Source: Gemmata obscuriglobus (GTDB lineage Bacteria > Planctomycetota > Planctomycetia > Gemmatales > Gemmataceae). From it: a stretch of 32,000 nt of DNA. Location of the stretch: contig NZ_CP042911.1 of the NCBI RefSeq assembly GCF_008065095.1, positions 7,170,001 through 7,202,000 of the forward strand. Direction: 5' to 3'. Of this stretch, positions 25,015 through 32,000 are shown piece by piece. The notes beneath the pieces were generated by a model. It was not told where the DNA came from. It saw only the letters and a list, made by a program, of their open reading frames with translations, and made no database searches. A program made the translations under genes and the position numbers. Every line of letters starts with the position of its first letter. Position 1 is the first letter of the stretch.

Positions 25015-25503
25015 ATGTCTCCGAACGACCTACTCGCCGGCGGCTACCGGATGGGCCGGCAAATGGTTCACATGATGGCCGGCGACCTCACGGCCACGGA
25101 GTTCACGTGCCAGCCGGTGGCGGGGGCGAACTCCGCGGCGTGGATCGTCGGGCACCTCGCGGTCACCGCCCGCCGCACCGCCGAACGCCTCGGCGCTATA
25201 GAGCTGCCGCTTTTGACGGAAGCGTTCATCGGGAAGTACAGCGTGACCCGTAAGCCGGCGGACGACCAGTCCGAACTGGACGATAAGGCTGAACTGCTCC
25301 GCCTGCTCGACGCGTGCGTGGACCAACTGCTCGGCGCGCTCGGCACGCTACCGCCGGAGTCGCTCGCCAACCCGCCGGCCAACCCGGGGCCGTTCGCAAC
25401 GAACTACGGCGAAGCCGTGCTGTTCGGGGCCATGCACTTCGCCATGCACTGCGGCCAGCTCTCGACCATCCGCCGTAGTCTGGGCAAGCCACCCCTGATG
25501 TAA
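25015..25503 (+). CDS. DinB-family (DinB_2-like) four-helix-bundle protein
   Basis: ATG 25015 lies 8 nt after GGAG. The text includes ANSAAWIVGHLAV..., LFGAMHFAMHCGQLSTIRRSLG. Only the last 162 aa of track ORF 24424..25503 look real. Confidence 0.75.
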   Translation: MSPNDLLAGGYRMGRQMVHMMAGDLTATEFTCQPVAGANSAAWIVGHLAVTARRTAERLGAIELPLLTEAFIGKYSVTRKPADDQSELDDKAELLRLLDACVDQLLGALGTLPPESLANPPANPGPFATNYGEAVLFGAMHFAMHCGQLSTIRRSLGKPPLM

Positions 25504-25616
25504 CCCCCGCGCCTTCTCCGTCCGATGGCCCCCATGACGTACACCGCTAGGGCGGACCGCGTCCTTCCCTCGCGCCGCGGTGCTATTGCGTCCCGCGTAT
25601 AGGGTGTTTCAAGCAT

Positions 25617-26045
25617 TCAGCCTACCGGCGGGTCCATCCAGTTCGCGAACTGAAGACCCGGAATCTGCTCGAAGTCTCGTCGGTTGGCGGTCAGCAAGAG
25701 CGCGTTGTTCGCTCGCGCGATAGCCGCGATCTTTTTGTCCATCGTGCCAATGCGGATGTTCCCGAGCTGTTCGAACACTGTGGCAGCGGCGTCACTAAAC
25801 GGCGCAATCGTGAACTCGGCAAAGAAATCGAATAGTGCGGCCAGCTCGCGGTAGGGACCGACTTGGCGGCGCACCTGCCGCTCCTTGGCAACGGCAGCCA
25901 GCCACCCGCGCATCTGCTCTTCGACGGTCACAACCGCTACACCGATCTCTTCACTCGCCCCCGCCAACCGCGCGACCAGAAGCTCGCGGCGACTTCCGGG
26001 CGGCATCCGAAGAACCGTCACGTGATCAGTGTCGAGCAGGATCAT
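25617..26045 (-). CDS. vapC: PIN-domain toxin (VapC-like)
   Basis: The product starts MILLDTDHVTVL. Also present are VTVEEQMRGW and LLLTANRRDFEQIPGL, giving the acidic PIN residues in the expected order. The ATGA start overlaps the upstream stop. Confidence 0.85.
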   Translation of the reverse strand: MILLDTDHVTVLRMPPGSRRELLVARLAGASEEIGVAVVTVEEQMRGWLAAVAKERQVRRQVGPYRELAALFDFFAEFTIAPFSDAAATVFEQLGNIRIGTMDKKIAAIARANNALLLTANRRDFEQIPGLQFANWMDPPVG

Positions 26046-26257
26046 TCGGGGGCACCTTCTTGCGCGGCCCTCCGTTCCGCTTCGCTATTCGCCTCGATCT
26101 CGGCCTGCATGAGCCGCGTGAACTCGTTCTCCTCAGATAACCCGACCACGCGCCGCCAGTCCTTGACCCGCGGTTGCTTTTGAGCGGCGAGAATGGCAAG
26201 CTGCCGTTCCAATGCCTCAACGCGCCTAGCAAGGCTTTCAAGTGTCAGTTCATCCAT
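26042..26257 (-). CDS. Putative cognate antitoxin, 71 aa, not an obvious AbrB/RHH/Phd type
   Basis: ATG 26257 lies 7 nt after GGAGG. There is a 4-nt overlap with vapC. The sequence is MDELTLESLARRVEALERQLAILAAQKQPRVKDWRRVVGLSEENEFTRLMQAEIEANSEAERR. Confidence 0.7.
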   Translation of the reverse strand: MDELTLESLARRVEALERQLAILAAQKQPRVKDWRRVVGLSEENEFTRLMQAEIEANSEAERRAAQEGAPE

Positions 26258-26314
26258 CGTCGTCCCTCCATGAACCGCATCATACCGCACCTACCAACGA
26301 ACTGTGAACCCCCG

Positions 26315-26361
26315 GAGCAATCCGGGCCGACAGCGTGCATCGCTGCCGGCCCGGATTGCTC
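26315..26361 (-). terminator. 21-bp hairpin 10 nt downstream of the clpB stop
   Basis: gagcaatccgggccgacagcg pairs with cgctgccggcccggattgctc (one mismatch, 5-nt loop). No U-tract follows on the minus strand. Confidence 0.45.
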
Positions 26362-26371
26362 GGCTCGTCCT

Positions 26372-28987
26372 TTATGCCACCGGTTCGCCCGGCGTCGCGG
26401 TGAAGCTCAAAGCGTCGTGCGCCGCGTCGTAATCGACCGCCACCGAGCCGCCGTCGGCCACCTCGCCCTTGAGGAGCAGCCGGGCGAGCGGCGTTTCAAC
26501 CTCCTTCTGGATCGTGCGCTTCAGCGGCCGCGCCCCGTAGGCCGGGTCGTACCCGACGCGCACCATGTGGGCCTTCGCCCCCTCGGTGAGCGCCAGCCCG
26601 ATCTTCCGCTCCGCGAGCCGCTTCCGCAAGTTCCCCAACTGGACCTCAATGATCTTCGTCAGGTCCGCCTCGGTCAGCGCGTGGAACACGATGATCTCGT
26701 CGATCCGGTTCAAAAACTCGGGCCGGAACCCCTTACGCAGCTCCTCCATCACCGCCGCCCGCATCCGGTCGTACACCTCGCCGATGTGCGTGCCCTTGTA
26801 CTGCAGGATGCGCTGACTGCCGACGTTCGAGGTCATGATGACGATGGTGTTCTTGAAGTCCACCGTGCGGCCTTGACCGTCCGTGAGCCGGCCGTCGTCG
26901 AGCACCTGGAGCAGCGTGTTGAACACGTCCGGGTGCGCCTTCTCGATCTCGTCGAACAGCACCACGCTATAGGGCCGCCGGCGGACCGCCTCCGTGAGCT
27001 GCCCGCCCTCGTCGTACCCGACGTAGCCCGGGGGCGCGCCGACCAGCCGCGACACCGTGTGCTTCTCCTGGTACTCCGACATATCGATGCGGATCATCGC
27101 CTTTTCGTCGTCGAACAGGAACTCCGCCAGCGCCCGGGCCAGTTCGGTCTTCCCCACGCCGGTGGGGCCAAGGAAGATGAAGCTGCCGATCGGCCGGTTC
27201 GGATCCTTCAACCCGCTACGGGCGCGAACGACCGCCTCGCCGACCGCCGTGACGGCCTCGTCCTGGCCGATGACGCGCTTGTGCAACTCGGCTTCTAGGT
27301 GCAGGAGCTTCTCCTTCTCGCCCTCCAGCAACTTCGACACCGGCACGCCGGTCCACCGACTCACCACGGCGGCGACCTCCTCCTCGCCGACCTCCTCCTT
27401 GATGAGCTTGTTGTCCCGGTCCCGCGCGAACGCCGCTTCGGCCGCGGCGAGTTGCTTCTCCAGCGCTGGCAGTTTCCCGTACTTCAGTTCCGCCGCCTTA
27501 TTGAGGTCGTAAGCCCGCTCCGCCTTTTCGATCTCGGCTTTCACCTGCTCGATCTGCTCGCGCACCGCCTGCACCTGTTGAACGGCCTGCTTCTCGGCCT
27601 GCCAGCGTGCTTTCAGCGCGTCGGCATCGGCCTTCAGGTTGCCGAGTTCGTGCTCGAGCTTTTCGAGCCGGTCCTTCGAAGCGCGGTCGGACTCCTTCTT
27701 GAGCGCCTCGCGCTCGATCTCCAGTTGCATCACACGGCGGCTGATCTCGTCCAACTCCGTCGGCATCGAGTCGATCTCGGTGCGCAGCTTCGCCGCGGCC
27801 TCGTCCACGAGGTCGATGGCCTTATCGGGCAGGAACCGGTCCGCGATGTAGCGGCTCGAGAGGACCGCCGCCGACACCAGCGCCCCGTCCTTGATGCGCA
27901 CCCCGTGGTGAACCTCGTACCGCTCCTTGAGCCCGCGGAGGATGCTGATGGTGTCCTCCACCGACGGCTCGCCCACCTGCACCGGTTGAAACCGCCGCTC
28001 CAGCGCCGCGTCCTTCTCGACGTGCTGCCGGTACTCGTCGAGCGTCGTCGCGCCGATGCAGTGCAACTCGCCGCGGGCCAGCAGCGGTTTGAGCAGGTTG
28101 CCGGCGTCCATCGCCCCCTCGGCCTTGCCGGCGCCGACGATGGTGTGCATCTCGTCGATGAACAGGATGATCCGCCCGTCCGACGAGGTCACTTCCTTCA
28201 GAACGGCCTTGAGCCGCTCCTCGAACTCGCCGCGGTACTTCGCCCCGGCGATCAGCGCGCCCATGTCGAGCGCCACGATGAGCTTGTCCTTCAGCCCTTC
28301 CGGCACGTCGCCGCGCACGATCCGTTGCGCCAGCCCCTCCACGACGGCGGTCTTGCCGACCCCGGGCTCGCCGATGAGGACGGGGTTGTTCTTCGTGCGC
28401 CGCGACAGCACCTGCATGACGCGGCGGATCTCCTCGTCACGGCCGATTACGGGGTCGAGCTTGCCGTTGCGTGCGTACTGCGTCAGGTCGCGGCCGTACT
28501 TCTCCAGCGACTGGTACGTCTCTTCGGGGTTCTGCGAGGTCACGCGCTGGCTGCCGCGCACCTCCTTCAGCGCGGAGAGCAGCCGGTCGCGGGTCAGCCC
28601 GAACTCGCGGAGCGTCTTGCCGGCGGTGCCGGTGTCGTCGGTCGCGGCGAGCAACAGGTGCTCGACCGAGACGTACTCGTCCTTGAGCTTCTTGGCTTCC
28701 GCCTCGGCGGCGTCGATGAGCTTCACGAGCCGTTGCGTCAGGCGCGGTTCGGCGTTCGTGCCGGTCACCTTGGGTAAACGGTCCAGCTCGCGCTGAAGTT
28801 TGACGGTGACCGCATCGACGGACACGCCCGCCTTCGTCAGGATCGCGGGAGCGAGCCCCTTCTCCTGATCGAGCAGCGACAGCAGCGCGTGTTCGGTGTC
28901 AATTTGTTGATGGTTAAGCCGGGCCGCGAGCTTCTGGGCGCCGGCGAGTGCCTGCTGAGCCTTCTCTGTAAACTGGTTCAAATCCAT
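26372..28987 (-). CDS. clpB: Chaperone/disaggregase ClpB
   Basis: The product is 871 aa from ATG 28987, after GGGAGG. The Clp_N start is [17 protein letters not shown]1 shows [15 protein letters not shown], followed by a long coiled-coil middle domain. NBD2 shows [17 protein letters not shown]. Confidence 0.95.
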   Translation of the reverse strand: MDLNQFTEKAQQALAGAQKLAARLNHQQIDTEHALLSLLDQEKGLAPAILTKAGVSVDAVTVKLQRELDRLPKVTGTNAEPRLTQRLVKLIDAAEAEAKKLKDEYVSVEHLLLAATDDTGTAGKTLREFGLTRDRLLSALKEVRGSQRVTSQNPEETYQSLEKYGRDLTQYARNGKLDPVIGRDEEIRRVMQVLSRRTKNNPVLIGEPGVGKTAVVEGLAQRIVRGDVPEGLKDKLIVALDMGALIAGAKYRGEFEERLKAVLKEVTSSDGRIILFIDEMHTIVGAGKAEGAMDAGNLLKPLLARGELHCIGATTLDEYRQHVEKDAALERRFQPVQVGEPSVEDTISILRGLKERYEVHHGVRIKDGALVSAAVLSSRYIADRFLPDKAIDLVDEAAAKLRTEIDSMPTELDEISRRVMQLEIEREALKKESDRASKDRLEKLEHELGNLKADADALKARWQAEKQAVQQVQAVREQIEQVKAEIEKAERAYDLNKAAELKYGKLPALEKQLAAAEAAFARDRDNKLIKEEVGEEEVAAVVSRWTGVPVSKLLEGEKEKLLHLEAELHKRVIGQDEAVTAVGEAVVRARSGLKDPNRPIGSFIFLGPTGVGKTELARALAEFLFDDEKAMIRIDMSEYQEKHTVSRLVGAPPGYVGYDEGGQLTEAVRRRPYSVVLFDEIEKAHPDVFNTLLQVLDDGRLTDGQGRTVDFKNTIVIMTSNVGSQRILQYKGTHIGEVYDRMRAAVMEELRKGFRPEFLNRIDEIIVFHALTEADLTKIIEVQLGNLRKRLAERKIGLALTEGAKAHMVRVGYDPAYGARPLKRTIQKEVETPLARLLLKGEVADGGSVAVDYDAAHDALSFTATPGEPVA

Positions 28988-29040
28988 AAGTTGTTTCCTC
29001 CCTCTCGCTTCCGGAAAGTGGTGGAAGCGGGCGTCACGCA

Positions 29041-29697
29041 TTAGAGGGTTTTCCCCGACAAACGATCCATCTCGGCACGCAAGTTCGTCCGCGCCCGCTC
29101 CTCACCCTCTGCGAACAGAATCTCCGAGTAGTAAATTCGCGGTCGCGCAAGGAACCCGTTCAGCACGCTCACGCGGCCGGCACGGTATTCGGCATCTGGC
29201 ACCCAGGCGTACTCGTTGCGAATGGCCGCGGCGTACCGGGCGTAGCGCGCTTCCGACGCTCCCAGGATGGCGAGGTCGGCGTCGAGCAGCGCCCGGGTGT
29301 CGCGGTCGCCCGGCGGCTCCGCGGCGTGCGCCGTGGCCCAGATCATGCGCACGACGCGCTCGATTGTGGACGCCGGCACCCCGATGGGGCCGAGCAAATC
29401 GACGGCCAGTTCCCCGCTCCGCTGCTCGTTGTCCTTCGCACGTGAGTCGTACACGGCGTCGTGGAACCACACCGCCAGTTGCATCGCGTTCGGGTCTTCA
29501 ATGGTTGAAGAGAGCCGCTCGATCACCCGGAACATTTCGGTCAGGTGTTCGAGGTTGTGGTAGAACCGTTCGGGGCCGCTGTACGCCGCCGCCAGCACGT
29601 CGAACGCCGGGTACGCGTCCGCGGGGGCCACGCGGTACCGCTCGAGCGTCCGCACCCACCCCTTTTGCATCGACTCCAGTCGTTCGGGCGAGACCAT
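29041..29697 (-). CDS. HD-domain metal-dependent phosphohydrolase (COG4339-like)
   Basis: The product is 218 aa from ATG 29697: ...[14 protein letters not shown]...[20 protein letters not shown]...[10 protein letters not shown]. The rest of track ORF 29041..31668 is an antisense artefact. The gene ends 53 nt upstream of clpB. Confidence 0.8.
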   Translation of the reverse strand: MVSPERLESMQKGWVRTLERYRVAPADAYPAFDVLAAAYSGPERFYHNLEHLTEMFRVIERLSSTIEDPNAMQLAVWFHDAVYDSRAKDNEQRSGELAVDLLGPIGVPASTIERVVRMIWATAHAAEPPGDRDTRALLDADLAILGASEARYARYAAAIRNEYAWVPDAEYRAGRVSVLNGFLARPRIYYSEILFAEGEERARTNLRAEMDRLSGKTL

Positions 29698-29812
29698 GAT
29701 GGTTCGACGGCTCCAGGTGGCGCTTGCCGCGGTCGGACGACCGCGGGTATAGTCTAAGTTACGCACTTCGCGCGTGTCCGGGCACGGTCTGTGCCGGTTC
29801 TTCGGAGCGTCG

Positions 29813-32000
29813 ATGGCCGCCACCGTCCCGCCCGCCCTCGAGCAGCGCCTCGCCGCTCTGGTTCCGCGTGTGCGGGCACTGCGGGTGGCCCGCGGGGTCA
29901 GCCGGTGTCTGTTCGCGACCGTCGGCAGCGCCGTACTCGTACTCGTACTCGACGCCCTCGTCGGCCTGCCCGAGACCGCCCGCGGGCTGCTGGTTGCGTT
30001 GTGGGTCACCGCGCTGGGCGTACTCGTCTGGCAGCTCATCCTCAAGCCGTGGCAGGCGGAGATCCCCCTTTCGGAAGTGGCGGCCGAACTGTCCCGGGGC
30101 CTCCCCGAACTGGCGGACCGGCTCAAGGCGGTCATCGCCCCCGCGAACGGTACGTCCGAGGCGGTCCGCGCGGCGCTCCTGGAAGACACGCTCCGGCGCG
30201 CGAGGGCCGTCGATTTCGAGCGGGCCGTTCCGGCGCACCCCACGCTGCTGGCGGTGTGCTGGGCGCTGCTCGCGCTGCTCGCGTTCCTGATGCTCACCGG
30301 GCTGCTGCCGAACAGCGCGGAACGGCTGCGCCGGGTCGCACTGCCGTGGGTGCGGCCGCCCGCGGCGGCGCTGCGCGTGGTGGTCACGTCGGGCGAGCCG
30401 GTGGTGCGGCGCGGCGCGGCGGTCACGCTGACCGCGTTCGCCGAGCGCACGGAGTCCCGGCGCGGCGCGCGGCCGCATCGGGCTACGGCCGTGTTCCGGG
30501 ACGCGCCCGAGTCGCCCGAAGAGTCGGTCACCATGGCGGCGGATGACGCCGGCGCGTTCCACGTCACCCGGGCGCGCGTGGCCCGCGACTTCGAGTACCG
30601 CGTCCTGATCGACGGTGCGGCCAGCGAGTGGTTCAAGGTGACCGCTCTCGACCCGGTCGACCTGGCCCCGGACACGCGCATCGAGGTCGCGCCGCCGGGG
30701 TACGTCGGGGTCCCCGCACGCGTACTTCCGGCGCTCGCCGATTTCGAGGCACTGGACGCGTCCCGGCTCACCGCTCGCTTGACGTTCACCCAGCCGGCCG
30801 CGAGCGCGCTGTTCGAGTGGCACGCGCACGGGGGCACCAAAACGGACCCGGTTCCCGTGGCCCTCGCTCCCGATCGGCTCTCCGGGACGGCGTCGCTGGT
30901 GCTTCGCACGAGCGGCGAACTGAGGCTCATTCTGTTGCGCGAGGTGGACGGTAAGAAGCTCCGCACCGTTCTGGCCGCGAACGTGATCGTGCCCCCAGAC
31001 AAGGCGCCGTGGTTCGAGACGCTGGCCGGAATCGACCCGCGGCCGCGCGCGGTGCGCCCCGGGTGGCGCGTGCCGATCGTCGTCGCCGCGTGCGACGATT
31101 TTTGCGTGTCCGGTGCCCGGCTCGAGTACACACTGGCATCGCCCGATTCGCACACGGAAGTGCTCCCCATTCCCCTCACCGGCACGGGCACCGCGCGCGC
31201 GAGCGGGCGCCTCGACTTCGATCCGTCGGCGGTCGCGCCGCCCGGCGGTACGATCCGCTTCCGGGTCCGCGTGACCGACAACCGCGCGTCCGAAGACCCG
31301 AAGCTGTTTCCCCAGGAAACGCTGTACCCCGCGACCGGGTGGAGCGAACTGACGCTCAACGCGTCCGCGCCACCGCTCGAAGAGCAGGACGCGCGGAACC
31401 AGCGGGACACGTTCCGGGCGGCGGCGGAAGCGGCCCGCGGCCCCGTGCGCGAAGCGGTCGACGCGGTGGCCGCCGTTCGCGCCGAGGTCTCGGCGGCCGG
31501 TCCGCTGAGCGTGGACCAGGCGGTCCGGTTGAACGTCGCCCGCGAGCGGGTGCGGTTCGCCGCGGCCGCGCTGGCCGCCCTCGCACGCGACGCCGCGCTG
31601 GCGCCCGAGTTCCGCCCGCTCGCGACCGCGGCGCACGACCTCACGACACACGAGCTTCGAGGCGCCAAGGAGGCGCTGGGCCGCGCCGACGCGGAAGGCG
31701 GCGGGCGCGCCGACGGGCTCGCGACCGCGGCGGCCGACTTGTCCGCCGCTCACACAAAACTGGACGCACTTCTCGCCCAGAACGACGCGCTGGCCCGCGC
31801 CCGACTCGACCGCGCCCGGCTCGGTGCGCTCGCCGCCGACCAGGCCGCGCTCGCCGGCGCCAAATTGAGCGCGAACGAGTTCGGGGCGCGCCAGCGCGAA
31901 CTCGTTGCCCGGCTGAACACACTGATCGCGGACAGCGAGCCCTTGCGGCGGGCGCTCGAAGGAGGGCGCAGCGAGGAGGCCGGCCGGTTCGCTCGCGACC
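29813..32000 (+). CDS. Large membrane protein, DUF4175-like (N-terminal TM helices, long Ala/Arg-rich coiled-coil tail); the 3' end runs off the window
   Basis: It is absent from the track because it stays open to the window end. I translated it manually from ATG 29813 with no stop through 31999. The product reads MAATVPPALEQRLAALVPRVRALRVARGVSRCLFATVGSAVLVLVLDALVGL...GLLVALWVTALGVLVWQLIL...AAELSRGLPELADRLKAV...LLAVCWALLALLAFLMLTGLL. The family name is from memory. Confidence 0.75.
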   Translation, partial: MAATVPPALEQRLAALVPRVRALRVARGVSRCLFATVGSAVLVLVLDALVGLPETARGLLVALWVTALGVLVWQLILKPWQAEIPLSEVAAELSRGLPELADRLKAVIAPANGTSEAVRAALLEDTLRRARAVDFERAVPAHPTLLAVCWALLALLAFLMLTGLLPNSAERLRRVALPWVRPPAAALRVVVTSGEPVVRRGAAVTLTAFAERTESRRGARPHRATAVFRDAPESPEESVTMAADDAGAFHVTRARVARDFEYRVLIDGAASEWFKVTALDPVDLAPDTRIEVAPPGYVGVPARVLPALADFEALDASRLTARLTFTQPAASALFEWHAHGGTKTDPVPVALAPDRLSGTASLVLRTSGELRLILLREVDGKKLRTVLAANVIVPPDKAPWFETLAGIDPRPRAVRPGWRVPIVVAACDDFCVSGARLEYTLASPDSHTEVLPIPLTGTGTARASGRLDFDPSAVAPPGGTIRFRVRVTDNRASEDPKLFPQETLYPATGWSELTLNASAPPLEEQDARNQRDTFRAAAEAARGPVREAVDAVAAVRAEVSAAGPLSVDQAVRLNVARERVRFAAAALAALARDAALAPEFRPLATAAHDLTTHELRGAKEALGRADAEGGGRADGLATAAADLSAAHTKLDALLAQNDALARARLDRARLGALAADQAALAGAKLSANEFGARQRELVARLNTLIADSEPLRRALEGGRSEEAGRFARD

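Noticed and set aside
28988-29040. A small hairpin cgcttcc-N10-ggaagcg in the HD-clpB spacer, considered as a possible heat-shock operator
   Set aside because: The stem is only 7 bp and shows no resemblance to CIRCE or other known heat-shock elements. It could equally be chance.
29698-31668. The N-terminal roughly 650 aa of track ORF 29041..31668 (-)
   Set aside because: Only the last 218 aa (HD domain) look real. The upstream part is Ser/Ala/Arg-rich and antisense to the plus-strand DUF4175-like gene, which has TM helices and good codon bias.

Overview
This is a very GC-rich bacterial chromosomal segment. The protein families look planctomycete (Gemmata-like), but that taxon call is inference. 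They include an ECF sigma with a TM plus beta-propeller tail, stand-alone WD40 paralogs, DUF1579, a DUF4175-like protein and the CIFGNPFRP...HVRGCWVVDL family. I can support about 22 protein-coding genes.

Gene order, left to right:
- ECF sigma fused to a beta-propeller (-, open to the left edge and absent from the ORF track)
- a family gene split by one in-frame TAG (+)
- a membrane-anchored protein (+)
- DUF1579 (-)
- a 1733-bp IS with perfect 19-bp terminal inverted repeats, a 9-bp target duplication and a frameshifted ISKra4-like transposase (+)
- an orphan ABC ATPase (-)
- mfd (+)
- an operon of a CheB-CheR-PAS fusion followed by a PAS-PAS-LOV hybrid histidine kinase (-)
- a small pseudo-receiver with a strong intrinsic terminator (-)
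- a 1.3-kb gene-free, lower-GC stretch packed with palindromes and short repeats
- three tandem paralogous WD40 genes (-)
- an amidinotransferase/DDAH-superfamily enzyme (+)
- nnrD plus a Zn-ribbon membrane protein (-)
- DinB (+)
- VapC with an atypical antitoxin (-)
- an HD hydrolase plus clpB (-)
- a large DUF4175-like membrane protein (+, open to the right edge and absent from the ORF track)

I saw no rRNA, tRNA or CRISPR array.

The items most worth follow-up are:
- the blue-light (LOV) kinase coupled to a chemotaxis-type methylation module with no MCP or CheA nearby
- the three-gene WD40 operon
- the repeat- and palindrome-rich non-coding island, including an 85-nt palindrome with a second copy 15 kb away
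- the freshly inserted but frameshifted IS

Many very long ORFs in the track, for example 7589..13204 and 13538..16609, are antisense or off-frame artefacts of the GC content.
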